A DNA stretch of 64,000 nucleotides from an uncultured bacterium (GTDB lineage: Bacteria; Eisenbacteria; RBG-16-71-46; CAIMUX01; WJJG01). Within the stretch, counting starts at the first letter, position 1. Each line of letters starts with the position of its first letter. Shown here piece after piece: positions 58,247 to 64,000 of this stretch. The notes beneath the pieces were generated by a model that was not told the origin of the DNA, did no database searches, and was given only the letters and a program-made list of their open reading frames with translations. A program made the translations under genes and the position numbers. The DNA lies in contig CAYQJL010000282.1 of NCBI GenBank assembly GCA_964417675.1, positions 148,794 through 212,793 on the forward strand. Direction: 5' to 3'.

Positions 58247-59206
58247 TTACTCGACCTTCTCCGGGTCATAGGGACGCCCCACGGCCGCGGGAGCCACCGA
58301 CCGCCCCACCCATAGCACCAAGACGAGCATAGTCAATGCAAACGGCAACATTTGCAGGAGTTGCGTGGGCGCCCCGCTGCCCTGCAGTCGGATCTGCAGC
58401 GTCTCCGCTGCCCCGAACAGCAGGCAGGCGGCCCCCGCTCCCCAGGGGTGCCACTTTCCGACGATCATGGCGGCCAGGGCGATGTACCCACGCCCACCCG
58501 ACATCTGGTCGGTGAATGAGTGCTGGACGAACGCCAGATACGCCCCCCCCAGCCCCCCCAACAACCCACTCGCCAGCACGCCCACCCAGCGAAGCTGGGC
58601 AACCGAGAAACCGGCCGAATGGGCAGCCTCGGGATGCTCCCCCGCGCAGCGCAAGGCGAGCCCGTAGCCGGATCGTTTCAGGAACCAGACGGCACCCATC
58701 AGCAAGCAGATCGTAAGCAAGAAGAGGGGATCGAAGAAGACCTGCACCAACGGCGAGCCGCTGGCCGGCCAGGCGGCCGGGTAGAGGGCGTCCGGACCGG
58801 GAATCCGTGCGGAATTGCTCGCGCTGTTGAACAGCACTCTCAGGCCGGCACGGGTGAAACCGTAGGCGATTATATTGATCGCCAGACCGGACACGATCTG
58901 GTCGGCCTTGCCTGTCACGGTAACCAGGGCATGCAGGGCTGCGGTCGCCAGTCCGCCCGTCATGGCCATCAGGATTCCGATGTAGGGAGATCCGGTGAAA
59001 TGCGTCCCCACAACTGCAAAAAATGCGCCGTTTAGAAGGATTCCTTCAAGTGCGATATTCACCACGCCGGAGCGTTCCGATAGAACGCCACCGGCGGATG
59101 CCAATGCGTACGGAACACTGATCCGCAACACCTGAGCCAGGATCGAGAGCATGACGGCCAGCTCCATCAGGCCCTCCCCCACAGCTGCATCTGCTTCCGG
59201 CGCCAA
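58247..59206 (-). CDS. ABC transporter permease (BMP/nucleoside-type uptake system, second permease)
   Basis: 319-aa polytopic membrane protein of the branched-chain/ribose-like permease superfamily. It overlaps the upstream permease by 40 nt. Confidence 0.82.
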   Translation of the reverse strand: MAPEADAAVGEGLMELAVMLSILAQVLRISVPYALASAGGVLSERSGVVNIALEGILLNGAFFAVVGTHFTGSPYIGILMAMTGGLATAALHALVTVTGKADQIVSGLAINIIAYGFTRAGLRVLFNSASNSARIPGPDALYPAAWPASGSPLVQVFFDPLFLLTICLLMGAVWFLKRSGYGLALRCAGEHPEAAHSAGFSVAQLRWVGVLASGLLGGLGGAYLAFVQHSFTDQMSGGRGYIALAAMIVGKWHPWGAGAACLLFGAAETLQIRLQGSGAPTQLLQMLPFALTMLVLVLWVGRSVAPAAVGRPYDPEKVE

Positions 59207-60195
59207 CGTTCGGCCACGATGAAGATGAGCAGGATCACCCCGGTCAGGATCTCCACCACCTCACGGGGCAGAAGGGTGTTGATCGTCAGGCCGGCGTGCG
59301 ACAGGAACCCGAAGAGGAGTGCGGCGGGGAAAATCGCCAGCGGTTCATTCCGGGCGATCAGGGCCACGGCGATGCCCATGTAACCGATTCCACCCGTGAA
59401 GCCGTCTTCATAGTAGTGCTTGTACCCCAGCACGAAGTTCGTCCCCACCAGGCCGGCCAGCCCACCCCCCAGGACAAACGCACCGACCAGATACCGCCCC
59501 GTGCGGATCCCGGCTGACTGTGCTTGCCGCAATCCCTCTCCCACGGCCCTGAGTTCGAATCCGGCCGGCGTGTGATGCAGGAACCAGAAGACGCCCGCGG
59601 CGGCCAGCAGAGCCACCAACAGGCTGGTGTTGGCCGCCGATCCTTGCATCGCGGGAACCCATCGATCGAGGCGGGGCAACTCCGCGGCGACGGTCGCGGT
59701 CCGGACCGACTCGGGCAGGGCGAGGTAGCGGGCCATGAGGAAGTTGGAGGCGGCAATCGCAATGAAGTTGAGCATGATGGTGTTGATCACTTCATGCGTC
59801 CCGAAGCGGGCCTTCAGGACCCCGGGGATGAACCCCCACAGGGCCCCACCCGCGAAGGCGGCCAGAATGGCAATCAGCAGGGAGGCCGGCGCCGGCCATC
59901 CGGCTGTAGCCAAGCCCGCCAGGGCGCAGGCAAGCGAGCCGGCGACCGCCTGGCCTTCCGCGCCGATGTTGAAGAGACCCGCGCGAAACACCAGAGCCAC
60001 CGATAACCCCGTGAAGGTCAGAAAGGTGGCGTTGAACAGCACCTGCCCCCAGGCATAGGGCCCGAATCGCGACGCGAGCGTCTCGGCGACCGCGCCCGGG
60101 GCAACCCCCAGGCCGACACTGATCAAGGCGCCCAGCGCGATCGCAGCCACCACCGCAGTGAGCATGGGCAGGATCTTGAGGAACCACCTTTGCAT
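59167..60195 (-). CDS. ABC transporter permease (first permease)
   Basis: Trimmed to MQRWFLKILPMLTAVVAAIALGAL. The start region contains a 15-bp direct duplication (gcatagggttgctac x2), giving MRSNPMQ / alternative starts at 60210 and 60195. Confidence 0.82.
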   Translation of the reverse strand: MQRWFLKILPMLTAVVAAIALGALISVGLGVAPGAVAETLASRFGPYAWGQVLFNATFLTFTGLSVALVFRAGLFNIGAEGQAVAGSLACALAGLATAGWPAPASLLIAILAAFAGGALWGFIPGVLKARFGTHEVINTIMLNFIAIAASNFLMARYLALPESVRTATVAAELPRLDRWVPAMQGSAANTSLLVALLAAAGVFWFLHHTPAGFELRAVGEGLRQAQSAGIRTGRYLVGAFVLGGGLAGLVGTNFVLGYKHYYEDGFTGGIGYMGIAVALIARNEPLAIFPAALLFGFLSHAGLTINTLLPREVVEILTGVILLIFIVAERWRRKQMQLWGRA

Positions 60196-60202
60196 AGGGT
60201 TG

Positions 60203-61843
60203 CTACGCATAGGGTTGCTCCGCCGACGCTCGCGGATCATCGGACGGCATGTTCTCGGCAGCTGGCGCAGAACCCGTCGTGCAGTCCGCGCCGGCTTCGG
60301 CGGCCGCCATTCCCACCATTTCACGGCCGATCTGCTCACGGCTCCAGCGATCCCGCGGACAGGGCTCGCCAAGCCGGCCACGGTACATCACTGCAACCCG
60401 ATCGGACAAGGCGAGCACCTCCTCGAGGTCGGTCGATATCAGGACAACAGCGGCGCCCCGTCCGGCATACTCCCGCAGGAGAGCATGCAGGAAAGCTGTG
60501 CTCTCGAGGTCGATGCCGCGGGTGGGTTGACAGGCCACCAAGATCCGCCGATCTCGCGACATCTCCCGCCCGCAAAGCAGCTTCTGCTGATTGCCGCCAC
60601 TGAGGGCCGATACGCGTAGGTGTGCACCGGCCGGCTTGACCCGATAGCGCTCCAGAAGCGGGTGTGCCCACTCCTGGGCGTCCCGGTGGCCATACCATGC
60701 CGCTCGCATGAACGGGGTCTCCCGGCATCGTCCCAGAAGGAGGTTTTCCCAGAGGCGGAAGGTCCCAATGAGGCCCTCTTGATGGCGATCTTCCGGAATG
60801 AGCGCGGGACGCCGCGACTCCGGAATCAACTCCCCGCGTGCAACCGGATGTCCGTCGATCATCAGATCGCCGCCCGTGGCCGCTTGCCGGCCCGCGAGAA
60901 CCTGAGCCAGTTCGCTCTGCCCATTGCCCGCGACGCCGGCGATGCCGAAAATCTCCCCCGCCGCCACGTCGAATGTGACCTGCTCGAACCGGCGGCGGCC
61001 GTCGCGGTCAACCAGTGACAGATCCTGCGACGAGATCGCCACCGTCGGCGCGCAGCCCTGCTCGGGCGCACGCTCCGAGGTCGGAGGTTGACCGGGGTGC
61101 CGATCGCGCGATGCGCCGGGCGAATCGCCAACGATCCAGCGAACCAGGCGGTCATGGTCGATCTCGGACCGGGGCGCCGCGCCGGCCACGCGGCCGTGGC
61201 GCAAGACGGTTACCTCGTCGGCAACCCTGAGCACCTCCGAGAGCTTGTGGGTCACCAACACCACGGAACGACCCTCGTCGCGGAACCGGCGCAAGACGTC
61301 CAGGAACGCGGAAACCTCCGGCGGCGCGAGAACCGCCGTGGGTTCGTCGCAGATCAGGACGCGCGCACCCCGGTAGAGCAACCTGGCGATCTCCACACGC
61401 TGGCGTCCTCCCACCCCGAGTCGGTCGATGCGATCCTCCGGGCTGAGATCGAACCCGTATCGCATGAACAGGTCCCGCAAGCGGCCGGACAGCTCACGGC
61501 GTGGAATGGATCGCAGGCCCCTGGCTCCGGGCGTGCCGAGGACGATGTTCTCGAGCACCGTCATCACCGGCACGAGCATGAAATGTTGGTGAATCATCCC
61601 GATGCCGTGAGCCAGGGCCGCCGCCGGAGAGGAAATGGGCGTGGGCCGACCGTCGATCAGAATGCGTCCCTCGTCCGGACGCAAGAGACCGTAGAGAATT
61701 CGCATCAGGGTGGACTTGCCGGCACCGTTCTCTCCCACGAGGGCGTGCACGGTTCCAGGTTGCAGGCGAAGATCCACCCGGTCATTGGCGACCGAATCGC
61801 CGAAGTGGCGCGTGATCTGCTCGAGGCGCACCTCGGGGGTCAT
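60203..61843 (-). CDS. ABC transporter ATP-binding protein with two fused nucleotide-binding domains
   Basis: Trimmed to MTPEVRLEQITRHFG. NBD1 has GENGAGKST, LSGGQ-like and LILDEPT motifs. NBD2 has GVAGNGQSEL and LSGGNQQK. Duplicated NBDs are typical of BMP/ribose-type uptake systems. Confidence 0.9.
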   Translation of the reverse strand: MTPEVRLEQITRHFGDSVANDRVDLRLQPGTVHALVGENGAGKSTLMRILYGLLRPDEGRILIDGRPTPISSPAAALAHGIGMIHQHFMLVPVMTVLENIVLGTPGARGLRSIPRRELSGRLRDLFMRYGFDLSPEDRIDRLGVGGRQRVEIARLLYRGARVLICDEPTAVLAPPEVSAFLDVLRRFRDEGRSVVLVTHKLSEVLRVADEVTVLRHGRVAGAAPRSEIDHDRLVRWIVGDSPGASRDRHPGQPPTSERAPEQGCAPTVAISSQDLSLVDRDGRRRFEQVTFDVAAGEIFGIAGVAGNGQSELAQVLAGRQAATGGDLMIDGHPVARGELIPESRRPALIPEDRHQEGLIGTFRLWENLLLGRCRETPFMRAAWYGHRDAQEWAHPLLERYRVKPAGAHLRVSALSGGNQQKLLCGREMSRDRRILVACQPTRGIDLESTAFLHALLREYAGRGAAVVLISTDLEEVLALSDRVAVMYRGRLGEPCPRDRWSREQIGREMVGMAAAEAGADCTTGSAPAAENMPSDDPRASAEQPYA

Positions 61844-61860
61844 CGTGATTCCGACTCCGG

Positions 61861-62010
61861 CCTCACCGCCAGCTCCAACCATGCCGCCCGCCTCAGCTCA
61901 CCGCCAGCTCCCACCCACGCCGCCCGCCTCAGCTCACCGCCAACTCCAACCACGCCGCCCGCCTCAGCTGACCGCCAACTCCAACCACGCCGCCCGCCTC
62001 AGCTCACTCC
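61861..62010. repeat. about 35-bp x4 tandem repeat between the substrate-binding-protein and ATPase genes
   Basis: cctcagctcaccgccaactccaaccacgccgcccg and variants. It produces overlapping spurious ORFs in the track. Confidence 0.85.
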
Positions 62011-62105
62011 CGATTCGGGTCCACACTGTCCCCCCGGGATCAGCGCCCATCCAGGTCGCCGTCAGTGCCTGGATCAGCACCCACCGGAGTGCTGCCCGCA
62101 CGGCA

Positions 62106-63137
62106 TCACTCCTTCGGCACGTCGATCTGGCCCGCGATGATCTCTGCCCTGAGACGATCGAGCGTGGCATTGATCTCGGGGGTGAAATGAGCTTCGTTGC
62201 CCGTGTTCCGAATGAATCCAACCGCGCCCTCCGCGAGCCCCATCACATGTACCCCGCCCTCGAATTCACCCGAATGAACATCTCTAATTTGCTCATATAC
62301 AGTTACATCGACGTTCTTGACCATGCTGGTCATGATCAGACCAGGCGCTTCAGACGCCTGATCTGAATCCACGCCGATCGCCAGCTTCTGCTTCTCTCGC
62401 GCCGCCTCAAACACACCCAATCCGGTCGAGCCGGACGCGTGGAAGATGATATCGGCCCCCTGCTCGTACTGTGAGAGGGCCAACTCCTTCCCCTTCGTCG
62501 GGTTCTTGAACGCCTCGCCGGTGACACCCGCGTAGTTGACCAGGACGCGGCTGTCTGGCCGCACATGCTTAGCGCCGGCCCGAAAGCCGGCCTCGAACTT
62601 GTGAATCAGCGGAATGTCCATCCCGCCGACGAATCCAAGCGTGCCGGTCTGGCTGACCATGGCGGCCAGGGCCCCCACGAGGAATGATCCCTGCTCCTCG
62701 CGGAACTTGATGCCCACCAGGTTGGGGGGTACCGAATCCCCTTCACTCCAGGTGTAATCGATGCAAACGAACCGCTTACTAGGAAAATCGTGGCAGACGG
62801 CACGAATGTCATCACTGAAGAGAAACCCCACTCCGATGATCAGGTCGGCATCACCCTGGGCGAACAGCCGCAGCGCCGCTTCACGCTCCGAACTCTGCAT
62901 GGGCTCGAAGTACTCGAAGCTGATGCCGAACTCCTCACGCGCCCGAAGCAGCCCTGCATACGCCAAGTCATTGAAGGACTTGTCACCAAGCCCGCCGACA
63001 TCGAACACCAAACCCACGTGGAGGGCACCTTTGCTGCCCTGCTGTTTCTCGCCCCCACATCCCGCACAGACCCCCATGATGAGGGCAAGCGCGATCGTCA
63101 TGCCGAGCAGGAGCCCACCGCGCCGGTCGTTGCCCAT
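62106..63137 (-). CDS. BMP-family ABC transporter substrate-binding lipoprotein (nucleoside/purine-binding type)
   Basis: Trimmed to MGNDRRGGLLLGMTIALALIMGVCAGCGG, a signal peptide with Cys. VGLVFDVGGLGDKSFND and GSTGLGVFEAA are typical of the BMP/PnrA family. Confidence 0.82.
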   Translation of the reverse strand: MGNDRRGGLLLGMTIALALIMGVCAGCGGEKQQGSKGALHVGLVFDVGGLGDKSFNDLAYAGLLRAREEFGISFEYFEPMQSSEREAALRLFAQGDADLIIGVGFLFSDDIRAVCHDFPSKRFVCIDYTWSEGDSVPPNLVGIKFREEQGSFLVGALAAMVSQTGTLGFVGGMDIPLIHKFEAGFRAGAKHVRPDSRVLVNYAGVTGEAFKNPTKGKELALSQYEQGADIIFHASGSTGLGVFEAAREKQKLAIGVDSDQASEAPGLIMTSMVKNVDVTVYEQIRDVHSGEFEGGVHVMGLAEGAVGFIRNTGNEAHFTPEINATLDRLRAEIIAGQIDVPKE

Positions 63138-63317
63138 CGCATGGTCCGCTCCGTCACTCACCCGGACGAGCATGGTCCCTCCGTTCCTACGTACGGCCCC
63201 CAAACTCTTGAGACGCCACTTCATGAAAGCCCTCCAGAACGATGCCCTCTAAACACGTAGGGCAAAGGATTCCGGCGTCATCCCGGTCGTGGCTGCCTCT
63301 GCACAGTCTGCACAGCG

Positions 63318-63383
63318 CATCACCCGGTTGCCGCATCCCCATCACCCGGTTCCCGCATCCCCATCACCCGGTTGCCGCATCCC
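63318..63383. repeat. 22-bp x3 tandem repeat between tdk and the substrate-binding-protein gene
   Basis: catcacccggttgccgcatccc, catcacccggttcccgcatccc, catcacccggttgccgcatccc. Confidence 0.85.
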
Positions 63384-63405
63384 CTACCGTCCGCCCTCTC
63401 TCCGA

Positions 63406-64000
63406 TCAGGACGGATCATCGCGCTCCGATTCCCGGGCTTGCTCGGAATCCGCGCCGGGCGACGCCTCCGCGCTGGAAGAGCCAGTGTCCCCCGGCGGCA
63501 CAGATCTCGATGGGAGCGCGTCCTCGTTCCACGCCGGCGGCGACGCCGGAAACAGTTCGCCCGATTCTGTCTGGGGCGGTTCGTAATGCTTCCGGCAACG
63601 CGGCTCGTAGGCTTCATCCCCACCGACCAGAATCCGATCGCCGCCCCGAACGACGCGTTGGGTACGGCATGCCGGTCCACCGCAGACCACGCAAACCGCG
63701 TGCGTCTTGGTCACGTATTCGGCCACCGCCATCAATTCGGGAACCGGTTCGAACGGCTTTGCCCGGTAGTCGGTATCGAGCCCCGCCACGATCACACGAA
63801 CGCCACAATCCGCCAGCTCCTGACAGACACGAACGATAGACCGGTCGAAGAACTGGACCTCGTCGATCCCGACAACCTGCGACCCTCGCCCCAAATCGAA
63901 GATCTCCCGCGGATGGCGCACCGGTTGCGACAAGAGGCTTTTGCGGTCATGGGTGACGATTTCGCGCTTGGCGTAGCGGTCATCCACCAAGGGCTTGAAG
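63406..64000 (-). CDS. tdk: thymidine kinase, C-terminal part (N terminus with the P-loop lies beyond the window end)
   Basis: ...LVDDRYAKREIVTHDRKSL...VGIDEVQFFD...AVCVVCGGPACRTQR...CRKHY matches Tdk, including the Zn-ribbon CxxC...CxxH. The frame is open to position 64000. Confidence 0.85.
   Translation of the reverse strand, partial: FKPLVDDRYAKREIVTHDRKSLLSQPVRHPREIFDLGRGSQVVGIDEVQFFDRSIVRVCQELADCGVRVIVAGLDTDYRAKPFEPVPELMAVAEYVTKTHAVCVVCGGPACRTQRVVRGGDRILVGGDEAYEPRCRKHYEPPQTESGELFPASPPAWNEDALPSRSVPPGDTGSSSAEASPGADSEQARESERDDPS

Overview
Very GC-rich bacterial chromosomal window. Its LPS and outer-membrane gene content (kdsA/B/D, lptB, LpxL-family acyltransferase, LolA- and BamD-like proteins) indicates a didermic (Gram-negative-type) organism. 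Positions 1-41.9 kb are almost entirely minus-strand and form a conserved envelope and housekeeping supercluster: mreBCD-mrdA-rodA-lgt-comF-rng-rplU-rpmA-kdsB-pyrG-kdsA-kdsD-lpxL-lptC-lptB-rpoN-hpf-hprK. An unusual carbohydrate module follows rpoN-hpf-hprK: a complete mannose-family PTS (IIA, IIB, fused IIC-IID), a GH57 alpha-glucan-active glycoside hydrolase inserted between IIB and IIC-IID, ptsH (HPr with His15 and Ser46), ptsI, and a translationally coupled sugar nucleotidyltransferase. Downstream lie metK, ftsK, lolA-like, rimO, a BamD-like gene, nadD, polA and coaE. A divergent low-GC promoter region at 42 kb starts a plus-strand block: a small secreted protein, an FN3-FGE lipoprotein and thrS. 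After thrS there is a compositionally atypical segment of about 6 kb with minisatellites, a DUF222-HNH endonuclease, a glycosyltransferase and a PPC-domain secreted protein, where the usual infC-rpmI-rplT genes are absent. The right end carries a GWxTD-domain protein, pfkA, a standalone ClpB-D2-like AAA+ protein with a degenerate Walker B motif and a histone-like basic tail, and a nucleoside salvage cluster (PNP, BMP-type ABC transporter, tdk). No rRNA, tRNA or CRISPR was found. Short tandem repeats (15-51 bp units, 2-11 copies) recur throughout, both in intergenic spacers and in-frame inside conserved genes. Many ORF-track entries needed their starts trimmed, because several are fused through upstream genes or use GTG/TTG starts. 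All calls rest on motif recognition by eye, since no database search was possible.
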